Shown here: positions 19,712 to 28,900 of the stretch, piece after piece
Numbering within the stretch: position 1 is the first letter of the stretch
How the letters are laid out: each line of letters opens with the position of its first letter
Assembly: GCF_054482525.1 (NCBI RefSeq)
Contig: NZ_JBTHVG010000004.1
DNA: 64,000 bases
Reading direction: 5' to 3' (one strand)
Origin: a plasmid
Notes under the pieces: model-generated
Database searches by the model: none
The model's input: only the letters and a program-made list of their open reading frames with translations
Told to the model about the DNA's origin: nothing
Position numbers and translations under genes: made by a program

Positions 19712-20239
19712 ATGAGTGCACGTGGTATCAACAAGGTCATCCTCGTCGGGCGTCTGGGCAATGATCCGGAAGTCCGTTACATCCCCAACGGGGGCGCAGT
19801 GGCAAACCTGCAGGTGGCCACATCAGAAAGCTGGCGTGACAAACAGACGGGGGAGATGCGGGAGCAGACGGAATGGCACCGCGTGGTGCTGTTCGGCAAG
19901 CTCGCGGAAGTGGCAGGTGAATATCTGCGCAAGGGTGCGCAGGTCTACATCGAAGGTCAGCTTCGCACCCGTAGCTGGGAAGATAACGGTATCACCCGTT
20001 ACGTCACTGAAATTCTTGTTAAGACCACGGGCACCGTGCAGATGCTGGGACGTGCACCACAGCAGAACGCTCAGGCGCAACCGAAGCCTCAGCAGAATGG
20101 GCAGTCACAGAGTGCTGACGCGACGAAAAAAGGTGGCGCGAAAACGAAAGGCCGTGGACGTAAGGCCGCGCAGCCAGAGCCTCAGCCGCAACCGCCGGAG
20201 GGGGAGGATTACGGGTTTTCAGACGACATCCCGTTCTGA
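19712..20239 (+). CDS. ssb: Single-stranded DNA-binding protein
   Basis: 175 aa; OB-fold N-terminus, Gln/Pro-rich linker, acidic tail ending DDIPF. Confidence 0.9.
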   Translation: MSARGINKVILVGRLGNDPEVRYIPNGGAVANLQVATSESWRDKQTGEMREQTEWHRVVLFGKLAEVAGEYLRKGAQVYIEGQLRTRSWEDNGITRYVTEILVKTTGTVQMLGRAPQQNAQAQPKPQQNGQSQSADATKKGGAKTKGRGRKAAQPEPQPQPPEGEDYGFSDDIPF

Positions 20240-20296
20240 TCGGGCTGACTGTGACAACCGCCCCGCCCTGTGCGGGGCATCACCGGAGATATGAGG

Positions 20297-20530
20297 ATGA
20301 GCGAATATTTCAGAATACTTCAGGGACTGCCGGACGGCTCCTTTACCCGCGAACAGGCGGAAGCCGTTGCCGCACAGTACCGGAACGTCTTTATCGAGGA
20401 TGATCAGGGAACGCATTTTCGCCTGGTTGTCCGTCAGGATGGCACGTTGATCTGGCGCTCCTGGAATTTTGAGGACGGTGCCGGGTACTGGATGAACCAG
20501 TACATCAGGGATTTCGGGATTCTTAAGTAA
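20297..20530 (+). CDS. Hypothetical small protein
   Basis: start at internal Met (MSEYFRIL..) of track ORF 20270..20530. Confidence 0.45.
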   Translation: MSEYFRILQGLPDGSFTREQAEAVAAQYRNVFIEDDQGTHFRLVVRQDGTLIWRSWNFEDGAGYWMNQYIRDFGILK

Positions 20531-20582
20531 GAGAGGTGCCGGACGCGCAAACGTCCGGCAGGACATAAGCAATTATAAGGGG

Positions 20583-22547
20583 ATGATTATGCCTGTAACG
20601 AAGTGTGAACCAGAAACCACCCGCAAAGCAAGCCGTAAATATGTAAAAACGCAGGAAACTGCACTGTCTGCCCTGCTGGCGCAGACGGAGGAAGTGAGCG
20701 TGTCGCTGGCCTCACTGATTAAGTCACCGCTGAATGTGCGCACGGTGCCGTATTCTGCGGAGTCCGTCAGCGAACTGGCTGAGTCCATTAGGGGCGTTGG
20801 CCTGCTGCAGAATTTGGTCGTGCATACCCTGCCTGGTGACCGTTACGGTGTCGCCGCAGGTGGTCGCCGACTGGCTGCACTCAACATGCTGGCAGAGCGT
20901 GGCATCCTTACGGCTGACTGGCCTGTACGCGTGAAAATTATTCCGCAGGAGCTGGCGACTGCCGCATCAATGACTGAAAACGGTCATCGTCGGGATATGC
21001 ACCCTGCCGAACAGATTGCCGGATTCCGTGCAATGGCGCAGGAAGGCAAAACGCCTGCACAAATCGGTGATTTGCTGGGCTATTCGCCCCGCCATGTCCA
21101 GCGAATGCTGAAACTGGCTGACCTTGCGCCTGTCATCCTCGATGCGCTGGCAGAAGACCGCATCACCACAGAGCACTGTCAGGCGCTGGCGCTGGAGAAC
21201 GACACCGCGCGTCAGGTGCAGGTGTTTGAAGCCGCCTGCCAGTCGGGATGGGGCGGTAAACCGGAAGTACAGACCATTCGTCGTCTGGTGACCGAAAGTG
21301 AAGTGGCGGTGGCGGGGAACAGTAAATTCCGCTTCGTGGGGGCTGATGCCTTCTCGCCAGACGAACTGCGCACCGATTTGTTCAGCGACGACGAGGGTGG
21401 CTATGTGGACTGCGTGGCGCTCGATGCCGCCCTGCTGGAAAAACTCCAGGCTGTCGCAGAGTTCCTTCGGGAAGCCGAAGGCTGGGAATGGTGCGCCGGA
21501 CGCATGGAGCCTGTCGGTGAGTGCCGTGAGGATGCCGGAACATACCGCTGTCTGCCGGAGCCGGAAGCGGTGCTGACGGAGGCAGAAGAAGAACACCTGA
21601 ACGAACTGATGACGCGTTACGACGCGCTGGAAAACCAGTGTGAGGAATCCGACCTGCTGGAAGCAGAAATGAAGCTGATTGACTGCATGGCGAAGGTCAG
21701 GGCGTGGACGCCGGAGATGCGTGCCGGAAGTGGCGTGGTGGTGTCCTGGCGTTATGGCAACGTATGTGTCCAGCGTGGTGTGCAGTTGCGCAGTGAAGAT
21801 GACGCGACTGACGACGCTGACCGCACGGAACAGGTGCAGGAGAAAGCGTCAGTGGAGGAAATCAGCCTGCCGTTGCTGACGAAAATGTCCTCAGAGCGCA
21901 CGCTGGCAGTCCAGGCGGCACTCATGCAGCAGCCGGACAAATCTCTGGCACTGCTGGCATGGACGCTCTGCCTGAATGTGTTTGGCAGCGGGGCGTACAG
22001 TAAACCAGCACAAATCAGCCTGGAATGTGAACATTACTCGCTGACCAGCGATGCGCCATCGGGGAAGGAAGGTGCCGCATTCATGGCGCTGATGGCAGAA
22101 AAAGCCCGTCTTGCTGCCCTGTTACCGGAGGGATGGTCACGGGACATGACGACATTCCTGTCACTCAGTCAGGAGGTGCTGTTATCCCTGCTCAGCTTCT
22201 GCACTGCGTGCAGCATCCACGGTGTTCAGACCCGTGAGTATGGTCACACGTCACGCAGTCCGCTGGACTCGCTGGAAACCGCTATCGGCTTTCACATGCG
22301 CGACTGGTGGCAGCCGACAAAAGCAAACTTCTTCGGACACCTGAAAAAGCCGCAGATTATCGCAGCCCTGAATGAGGCAGGACTGTCCGGTGCCGCACGG
22401 GACGCGGAGAAGATGAAGAAAGGCGATGCCGCTGAACATGCAGAGTTCCATATGAAAGACAACCGCTGGGTGCCTGGCTGGATGTGTTCACCACGTCCAC
22501 AGACGGATGCCACTGAACGCGCCGATAACCTGGCTGATGCCGCCTGA
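20583..22547 (+). CDS. ParB/Srx N-terminal domain (ParB-like nuclease) protein of the leading region
   Basis: 654 aa; ParB-like N-terminal domain, HTH-like segment. Confidence 0.65.
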   Translation: MIMPVTKCEPETTRKASRKYVKTQETALSALLAQTEEVSVSLASLIKSPLNVRTVPYSAESVSELAESIRGVGLLQNLVVHTLPGDRYGVAAGGRRLAALNMLAERGILTADWPVRVKIIPQELATAASMTENGHRRDMHPAEQIAGFRAMAQEGKTPAQIGDLLGYSPRHVQRMLKLADLAPVILDALAEDRITTEHCQALALENDTARQVQVFEAACQSGWGGKPEVQTIRRLVTESEVAVAGNSKFRFVGADAFSPDELRTDLFSDDEGGYVDCVALDAALLEKLQAVAEFLREAEGWEWCAGRMEPVGECREDAGTYRCLPEPEAVLTEAEEEHLNELMTRYDALENQCEESDLLEAEMKLIDCMAKVRAWTPEMRAGSGVVVSWRYGNVCVQRGVQLRSEDDATDDADRTEQVQEKASVEEISLPLLTKMSSERTLAVQAALMQQPDKSLALLAWTLCLNVFGSGAYSKPAQISLECEHYSLTSDAPSGKEGAAFMALMAEKARLAALLPEGWSRDMTTFLSLSQEVLLSLLSFCTACSIHGVQTREYGHTSRSPLDSLETAIGFHMRDWWQPTKANFFGHLKKPQIIAALNEAGLSGAARDAEKMKKGDAAEHAEFHMKDNRWVPGWMCSPRPQTDATERADNLADAA

Positions 22548-22598
22548 TGAACAACCACACCGCCCCGCCGGAGACGGGGCGGCAGAGGGAGAAATACG

Positions 22599-23036
22599 AT
22601 GATGAATACCGAACTGACACTGAATGCCCTGCAGTCCATGAATGCCCAGGAATATGAAGAAATCCGTGCTGCGGGAAGCGATATGCGCCGTAATCTCACT
22701 CACGAGGTGATGCGTGAAGTGGACGCACCAGCTAACTGGATGATGAACGGAGAGTATGGCAGCGAGTTCGGGGGCTTTTTCCCCGTCCAGGTTCGTTTCA
22801 CGCCAGCCCACGAACGTTTCCACCTGGCATTATGTTCGCCGGGAGACGTCTCTCAGCTCTGGATGCTGGTTCTGGTGAATGGTGGTGGACAGCCTTTCGC
22901 CGTCGTTCAGGTGCAACATATCTTCACGCCTGTCGCGATCAGTCACACGCTGGCGCTTGCCGCGACACTGGATGCGCAGGGATACAGTGTTAACGACATC
23001 ATCCATATCCTGATGGCAGAAGGAGGTCAGGCATGA
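22599..23036 (+). CDS. psiB: Plasmid SOS inhibition protein PsiB
   Basis: 145 aa; near-colinear similarity to F PsiB as recalled (..[13 protein letters not shown].., ..[35 protein letters not shown]..). Confidence 0.9.
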   Translation: MMNTELTLNALQSMNAQEYEEIRAAGSDMRRNLTHEVMREVDAPANWMMNGEYGSEFGGFFPVQVRFTPAHERFHLALCSPGDVSQLWMLVLVNGGGQPFAVVQVQHIFTPVAISHTLALAATLDAQGYSVNDIIHILMAEGGQA

Positions 23037-23752
23037 GCGCACGTTCACGGGCACTGATCCCCCTCAGCGCAGAACAACAGGCCGCCATGCAGGCGGTGGC
23101 TGTCACAGAACAACGTCGTCGTCAGGGACGCACACTTTCAGCATGGCCTTATGCCACCGCTTTCTTTCGCTGCCTGAATGGCAGTCGCCGGATTTCGCTG
23201 ACCGATCTCCGCTTTTTTGCCCCTGCGCTGACGAAGGAGGAATTTCATGGCAACCGTCTCCTGTGGCTGGCTGCCGTGGATAAACTGATTGAAAGTTTTG
23301 GGGAAGTCTGTGTTCTTCCCCTGCCATCCGATGCGGGGCACCGTCTGTTCCCGTCCGTGCCTTTTCGTGAAGGTGAGCGTCGTCGTCAGAAAACCACGCT
23401 GACAGAGCAGAAATACAGCCGCCAGCGGGAACGTGAGGCAGAACGACGGGAACTGGAATACCAGACATGTTTTGCTCAGGCGCAGATTGACCTTGCGTTT
23501 CATACTCCCGCCACGGTCGGAAGCTGGTTGTCCCGCTGGTCTGGTGTTGTTGAGGAGCATGATCTGGAAACGATTTTCTGGGGGTGGTGCGGGCGTTTTC
23601 CGTCACTGTCATCATTTGACCGGTTTTTCTGGCAGGAGGAACCACTCTGGCGGCTGATTTTTGAAGCCGGTGAGGCCGGTCGTGGTGCACCGATACAGGT
23701 ACGTGCACTTGAGCAGTGGATGATCCCGAACAAGCTGGAGAACGTAATATGA
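23033..23752 (+). CDS. psiA: PsiA
   Basis: 239 aa; overlaps psiB stop. Confidence 0.75.
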   Translation: MSARSRALIPLSAEQQAAMQAVAVTEQRRRQGRTLSAWPYATAFFRCLNGSRRISLTDLRFFAPALTKEEFHGNRLLWLAAVDKLIESFGEVCVLPLPSDAGHRLFPSVPFREGERRRQKTTLTEQKYSRQREREAERRELEYQTCFAQAQIDLAFHTPATVGSWLSRWSGVVEEHDLETIFWGWCGRFPSLSSFDRFFWQEEPLWRLIFEAGEAGRGAPIQVRALEQWMIPNKLENVI

Positions 23753-24345
23753 TGAAATCAGACGAAAAATACCAGGTTCCCGCGTGGATGCGACCTCTGT
23801 TGCCGTTGCTCTGCAACACCGGGGGGAACGATCCGGAAGAACTGCTGAATGATACAGAAACCACTGCCAGTGCGAATGTTGTCCGTTATGTACTGATAGT
23901 TGCTGTGCGGTCGCAGGTTGATCTGCTGCAGCTTCTGTACAGGAAAGGGCTGTTGCGCACAGAGATACCAGGTGGCTTTTCACCGGAAGAAGCGCAGGCA
24001 CTCCTGGATAATCTGGTGCGCAGCCATATCAGCAAGGCGCTGTCGGGCGAGCGAATGGCAGCCCGTGACAGAAATGCCGATCTGGCCTGGATTAGACAGC
24101 AACTGGTCGATGCCGCCTGGTTTGTCCGTGCCACACTGGAAGCGCATGGGATGAGCGTCGGAAATGAGAGTCCCCCTGCTCCGCCGGAGACAATGCCGGA
24201 CATACAGACACGGGAACTGGTGATGTTGATCAAGCGACTGGCATCATCGCTGAAAGCGGTGAAACCGGACAGTTGTGTGGTGCGTGAAGCGCAGGACTGG
24301 CTGCGCGACAGAAAACTTGTGGATATCACAGATATTCTCCGGTGA
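23749..24345 (+). CDS. Hypothetical protein
   Basis: start at internal Met overlapping psiA stop. Confidence 0.45.
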   Translation: MMKSDEKYQVPAWMRPLLPLLCNTGGNDPEELLNDTETTASANVVRYVLIVAVRSQVDLLQLLYRKGLLRTEIPGGFSPEEAQALLDNLVRSHISKALSGERMAARDRNADLAWIRQQLVDAAWFVRATLEAHGMSVGNESPPAPPETMPDIQTRELVMLIKRLASSLKAVKPDSCVVREAQDWLRDRKLVDITDILR

Positions 24346-24456
24346 ACCAGGCATGTATATTTTACGCAGGGACATGCCGGTCATGATCGTTTCGTTCCAG
24401 GGGTGGTCTGGAGATCATGCGGTGTGCTCCCTGCTCTCGCCGGAATAAGGACGTCG

Positions 24457-24788
24457 CCGCCGGCTCCGCTTTTACCCGGCCATGCGGGGCATGGCCTTGT
24501 GGGTTTTCAGTTATGTGGCCTCAGCGTCGTGTGCGGGCTGTGCCGTGCCTCCATCGTAGCCGGGCTTCTGCGGGCGGGTTGCAAGGTAAGGTGAACCGCT
24601 GCGGTCACCCGGTCCCTCCTTCCCGTCCGCCGTGATTTTCCGGTCGTTCACCCGCTCAGATTTCGCGGTCTCACCCTCCAACTCCCGCCAGCCGTGTGCG
24701 TCAGGCTGCGGCTTCCCTTGCGCCCTTGCAACCCTGCAGGCCCGGCAAAGATGGAGGCACGGCACCGCCCGGTGTCGCAGAACATGTG
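24457..24788 (+). promoter_or_regulatory. Leading-region repeat family A copy 2 (ssi/Frpo-like) upstream of ardA
   Basis: near-identical to 17508-17842. Confidence 0.5.
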
Positions 24789-24806
24789 ACTATGGAGGAT
24801 TCGGGA

Positions 24807-25307
24807 ATGTCTGTTGTTGCACCTGCTGTATACGTTGGAACCTGGCACAAATACAACTGTGGAAGCATCGCCGGACGCTGGTTTGACCTGACCACGTTTG
24901 ATGATGAGCGCGACTTTTTCGCCGCCTGCCGTGCTCTTCACCAGGATGAAGCCGATCCTGAACTGATGTTTCAGGATTATGAGGGATTCCCGGGGAATAT
25001 GGCCTCTGAATGCCATATCAACTGGGCCTGGGTTGAAGGCTTCCGCCAGGCACGGGATGAAGGCTGCGAAGAGGCTTATCGTCTCTGGGTGGAGGATACC
25101 GGTGAGACGGATTTTGACACCTTCCGCGATGCCTGGTGGGGCGAGGCTGACAGTGAGGAGGCTTTTGCGGTTGAGTTCGCCAGTGATACCGGCCTGCTGG
25201 CTGACGTGCCGGAGACGGTGGCGCTCTATTTTGACTATGAGGCGTATGCGCGGGATTTATTCCTGGACTCCTTCACCTTTATTGACGGTCATGTGTTCCG
25301 TCGGTGA
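24807..25307 (+). CDS. ardA: Anti-restriction protein ArdA (DNA mimic)
   Basis: 166 aa from internal Met (MSVVAPAVYVGTWHKYN..); very acidic; matches ArdA as recalled. Confidence 0.9.
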   Translation: MSVVAPAVYVGTWHKYNCGSIAGRWFDLTTFDDERDFFAACRALHQDEADPELMFQDYEGFPGNMASECHINWAWVEGFRQARDEGCEEAYRLWVEDTGETDFDTFRDAWWGEADSEEAFAVEFASDTGLLADVPETVALYFDYEAYARDLFLDSFTFIDGHVFRR

Positions 25308-25354
25308 TTTACTCCCCCGCTCCGGCGGGGGTATGGCCTGCCAGGCCGCCGGAA

Positions 25355-26030
25355 AACCCTGGCAGGCTTACGCCTGCCTGAAATGCAGGAGGGCCGCGCC
25401 TGCGGCGCTGCCCTTCCTGCCCGTCATGGTGTGAGGCATTTTTCTGTTATGTCGTTTCTGTTGTTCTGATTTCCGGAGGCGGGGACACCTTCGGCTCCCG
25501 GCTGCCTGGCGGCATCCGGTCGTCAGGCCCGACTCCGACAGGCAGCTGCTGGCGCACCCGCCAGTCTCCGCCGAACCCGCTGGCGCGGTTTCGGGCTGCC
25601 GCTACGGTCCGATGTCTGAAAAACCAGGCTTGCAGCGACCGTTCCGGTCGCGCCGCCCCTGTCGCGCCGGAAACGGCGCTCCCTGCACACCTGACGGTGT
25701 GTAAGGCCACTGCGCCTGATGGCGCAGTCAACCCTTCCGCCGCCACCCCTGCGGCCTGTTTCCCGCTGTGGACTTTCCGGGGGCTGGAGTAACCACATCC
25801 CGTTTCAGCAGTCCAGGGGAAGATATACCGTCCACAAAATTTTTAGCCATAAACCCGGCAAAAAATTTTGCGTCCGCCCCCGGACAGCTGCCCCGTGACG
25901 TGGTGACGGACGCCCCATCGGAAAGGTCCACTGCGGGGAGAAACCCCGAAGAAGTGGACGGCAGAAGGGGCTTTCGCCCCTCCGGGGAGCAACCGGTCGG
26001 CCCGGCGACCTGATTCAGCAGAAGGAGACG
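25355..26030 (+). promoter_or_regulatory. Leading-region repeat family B copy 2
   Basis: long identity with 18975-19700; ends just upstream of ORF 26036. Confidence 0.5.
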
Positions 26031-26035
26031 TTTTC

Positions 26036-26470
26036 ATGACTGTCAGCAGCACGATTTCCGTTTTTTGCCGCGACGGGGTGTTCCGTACCGTTTACTGCCA
26101 CCTGCACGGTGAGCCGACCTGGAACGGTCGCATCCTGCATACCCACTATGCCACCGGTCAGCAGGCCGAAGCCCTGGTTGAACACGGTGATATCCGTTGC
26201 CTCGGTCCCCGTTGCGACAAACCCGCCGGGCATACGCTTCAGAACCCGGTGGACGGTGTGACGGCTTATTACGGACGTGACAGTGGTTTCCGGATGGACA
26301 GTGAGGCGCGTGAGTACCGTTCTTTCAGGGAGGCTATTGCCACTGAAAGCACTGAAGAGGTGCGCTTCCATTATGTGTTCATCGACGGCTACTGGAAGGT
26401 GATGTACCGCACGCCGGAAGGCTGGAAGATGAAAGCGCTCGCGCTGGCACTGCGTCGCTGTCCGAAATGA
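26036..26470 (+). CDS. Hypothetical protein immediately downstream of repeat B copy 2
   Basis: 144 aa; SD ggagacgttttcATG. Confidence 0.5.
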   Translation: MTVSSTISVFCRDGVFRTVYCHLHGEPTWNGRILHTHYATGQQAEALVEHGDIRCLGPRCDKPAGHTLQNPVDGVTAYYGRDSGFRMDSEAREYRSFREAIATESTEEVRFHYVFIDGYWKVMYRTPEGWKMKALALALRRCPK

Positions 26471-26562
26471 AAAAAGGCAGGGCGATAAACCCTGCCTCTC
26501 TCCGCCGGCGCTTCCCCGCCAGGAAGTCCGGCATCTCAATCACTATCTATGGAGATTATGCC

Positions 26563-26829
26563 ATGAGACCATCAATTATCTTCGCAACCGCCGAGTATGT
26601 AAAGCGTCTGCGTGAAGAGTGCCTGCGGGAGAATAAACCCCTGCACCGCCATACCCGCTTCAGACGTCAGGAGCTGGCACAGGATGAGATTAACCCGGAC
26701 GTCCTGGCGATGAGCGGCCATATCGCCAGACGCTGCAGTGAGCAGAAGCGGGTGCGTATCCCCGCTATGAAAGTCAGCGAATGGGGCCACCTGCTCCGCG
26801 CGCTTGAAATTGAGCGGGTCTGCCACTGA
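26563..26829 (+). CDS. Hypothetical small protein
   Basis: start at internal Met (MRPSIIF..) preceded by ggag. Confidence 0.4.
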   Translation: MRPSIIFATAEYVKRLREECLRENKPLHRHTRFRRQELAQDEINPDVLAMSGHIARRCSEQKRVRIPAMKVSEWGHLLRALEIERVCH

Positions 26830-26893
26830 TTAACCCTTGCCGTCTGCCTGTGCAGGCGGCAGGATACGTTCAGACATCTCACCAGGAGGAACC

Positions 26894-27784
26894 GTGAGTA
26901 AGAAGAAAACCACCACGACGCCCACGCCGCATGATGCCGCGTTCCGGTCGTTCCTGGCGAATCCCGACGTCGCCAGAGATTTTCTGGAACTGCATCTTCC
27001 GGCGGAGTACCGGCAGTTGTGCGACCTGTCCACGCTGAAGCTGGAACCCGCCACCTTTGTTGAGCCGGACCTGCATCAGTACGCCAGCGATATCCTCTGG
27101 AGTGTGAAAACCACCGGGGGTGAAGACGGCTATGTTTATACGCTCATCGAGCACCAGAGCACCGAAAATCTGTACATGCCTTTCCGCATGTTACGTTACA
27201 GTGTGGCGGCGATGCAGAGACATCTGGAGCAGCACAAAACGTTGCCACTGGTGATTCCTGTGCTGTTCTATCATGGTGAGCGCAGCCCGTACCCGTACAG
27301 CATGAACTGGCTGGACTGTTTTGAGAATCCGGCACTTGCGGCTAAAATATACACAAAGCCGTTTCCGCTGGTTGATATCACTGTCGTTGATGACAATGAA
27401 ATCATGAACCATCGCCGGATGGCCGCACTGACGCTGCTGATGAAGCATATCCGCCATCGTGACATGATGGATCTGCTGGACAAACTCCCGCAGGTCATGG
27501 TGGAAATTTCAGACGAGCAGGTGCGTGTTCTGATTCATTACATCGTTAACGCAGGGGACTCTGTATCACCGGAATTTATGCGGGCGCTGGCTGAGCGTCT
27601 GCCGCAGCATGAGGATAAACTGATGACTATCGCAGAACGTCTTGAGCAAAAAGGTCGCCAGGAAGGAGCGCTTGAAAAAGCCCTGGCTATTGCGTGCCAG
27701 CTTCAGAAAATGGGGATGACGCCGGAGCAGATTAAGCAGGCTACCGGACTTTCCGAAGCTGAACTGAAAAAAATCATTCACTGA
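26894..27784 (+). CDS. Rpn-family (YhgA-like, PD-(D/E)XK Transposase_31) recombination-promoting nuclease
   Basis: GTG start after SD aggagg; N-terminal ..HDAAFRSFL.. and ..YTLIEHQS.. motifs typical of Rpn/YhgA proteins. Confidence 0.7.
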   Translation: MSKKKTTTTPTPHDAAFRSFLANPDVARDFLELHLPAEYRQLCDLSTLKLEPATFVEPDLHQYASDILWSVKTTGGEDGYVYTLIEHQSTENLYMPFRMLRYSVAAMQRHLEQHKTLPLVIPVLFYHGERSPYPYSMNWLDCFENPALAAKIYTKPFPLVDITVVDDNEIMNHRRMAALTLLMKHIRHRDMMDLLDKLPQVMVEISDEQVRVLIHYIVNAGDSVSPEFMRALAERLPQHEDKLMTIAERLEQKGRQEGALEKALAIACQLQKMGMTPEQIKQATGLSEAELKKIIH

Positions 27785-27796
27785 TGAGAGCATCAC

Positions 27797-27822
27797 AGCC
27801 CGGCAAAATGCCGGGCTTTTTT
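27797..27822 (+). terminator. Rho-independent terminator-like hairpin after rpn
   Basis: agcccggca-aaa-tgccgggct followed by tttttt. Confidence 0.5.
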
Positions 27823-27846
27823 GTCAGCAGGAGCAGAGAAAACAGT

Positions 27847-28041
27847 ATGACGCTTGCAGAACGTCTTATACAGAAAGGTTTCGACGAAGGTTTTAAAGAA
27901 GGTTTTAAGAAAGGTGCGCTTGAAGTGGCGCGGGAAGCAGCCTGCCGGCTGCGGGATATGGGCTGGACGCCGGAACGGATTCAGGAGGCGACCGGACTTT
28001 CCGGTGAAGAACTGAAAAAGCTGTTTCCTGATGAGCAGTAG
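27847..28041 (+). CDS. Small protein resembling the C-terminal domain of the upstream Rpn nuclease
   Basis: MTLAERLIQKG...WTPERIQEATGLSGEELKKL aligns with Rpn C-terminus MTIAERLEQKG...MTPEQIKQATGLSEAELKKI. Confidence 0.45.
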   Translation: MTLAERLIQKGFDEGFKEGFKKGALEVAREAACRLRDMGWTPERIQEATGLSGEELKKLFPDEQ

Positions 28042-28071
28042 CCTGACATTCTGCCAGGCTGTGAATCACGC

Positions 28072-28323
28072 TCACACATTCCCTGCCGTTTCCCCCAGTT
28101 CATTTTCCAGACGCCTGATGATATCTGCCTTGCGCATCCCCTGCATGTGAGGCAGCAGGTCACGGACTGAAAGTGCCTGGGTGGTCCTCCAGACGGTGAC
28201 GTCCACCTGTTCCGCATTTTCCCAGGCGTGCCATGTTCTCTGCGTCACGCCAAATTCTCTGGCCGCTTTTTCGCGTGACCATAGCATGCTTTTTCGCCAG
28301 ATTCGCAGTTCCCAGCCGGTCAT
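28072..28323 (-). CDS. HTH (Cro/XRE-like) DNA-binding protein
   Basis: 83 aa; ..REKAAREFGVTQRTWHAWE.. HTH; palindromic operators upstream. Confidence 0.55.
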   Translation of the reverse strand: MTGWELRIWRKSMLWSREKAAREFGVTQRTWHAWENAEQVDVTVWRTTQALSVRDLLPHMQGMRKADIIRRLENELGETAGNV

Positions 28324-28337
28324 AAAACACCTTTGAA

Positions 28338-28425
28338 AAAGTGAAAAAACTTCACTTTATTTTATCATCACAATTGCCAAATCAGCGCGATAAATAAGTG
28401 TAAAAAAGTGAAGAAATTTCACTTT
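28338..28425. promoter_or_regulatory. Two copies of palindrome AAAGTGAA-N-TTCACTTT upstream of HTH gene (operator candidates)
   Basis: aaagtgaaaaaacttcacttt at about 28338-28358 and aaagtgaagaaatttcacttt at about 28405-28425. Confidence 0.5.
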
Positions 28426-28545
28426 TTTTGTTTGTAAGTGTCGTGCGGTTTTCTCTGTTTTCACCTGTGCGGGAGTGGTGTGCCAGTGACCACCACATGC
28501 CATTGTTGTGCCGTCGTTTTTCTTCAGTCGCGCCGGATGCGGCGC

Positions 28546-28895
28546 TCCCTGCACACCTTACGGTGTGTAAGGCCACTGCGCCTGATGGCGCAGCTGTCTC
28601 TTGCCTGTCTGCCGCCGCACTGCGGCCTGTTCTCCGCAGACGGACTTTCCGGGGGTACATACACGACCACATCCCGTTTCAGTCGTCCAGGGGAGAGATG
28701 TACCAGCCACAAAACTTTTTGCCGCTGGCGTCAAAAACTTTTGCGTCTGCCCCCGGACAACTGCCCCGTGACGTGGTGAGCGTCCCCCGTCGGAAAGGTC
28801 CACTGCGGGGAAATACCCTAAGACCCGGACGGCAGAAGGAGCTTCGCTCCTCCGGGAAATGACCTGGCTGACCCGGCAGTCGTGACGATGAGGAG
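28546..28895 (+). promoter_or_regulatory. Leading-region repeat family B, partial copy 3
   Basis: matches the 3' two-thirds of copies at 18975-19700 and 25355-26030. Confidence 0.45.
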
Positions 28896-28900
28896 ACAAT

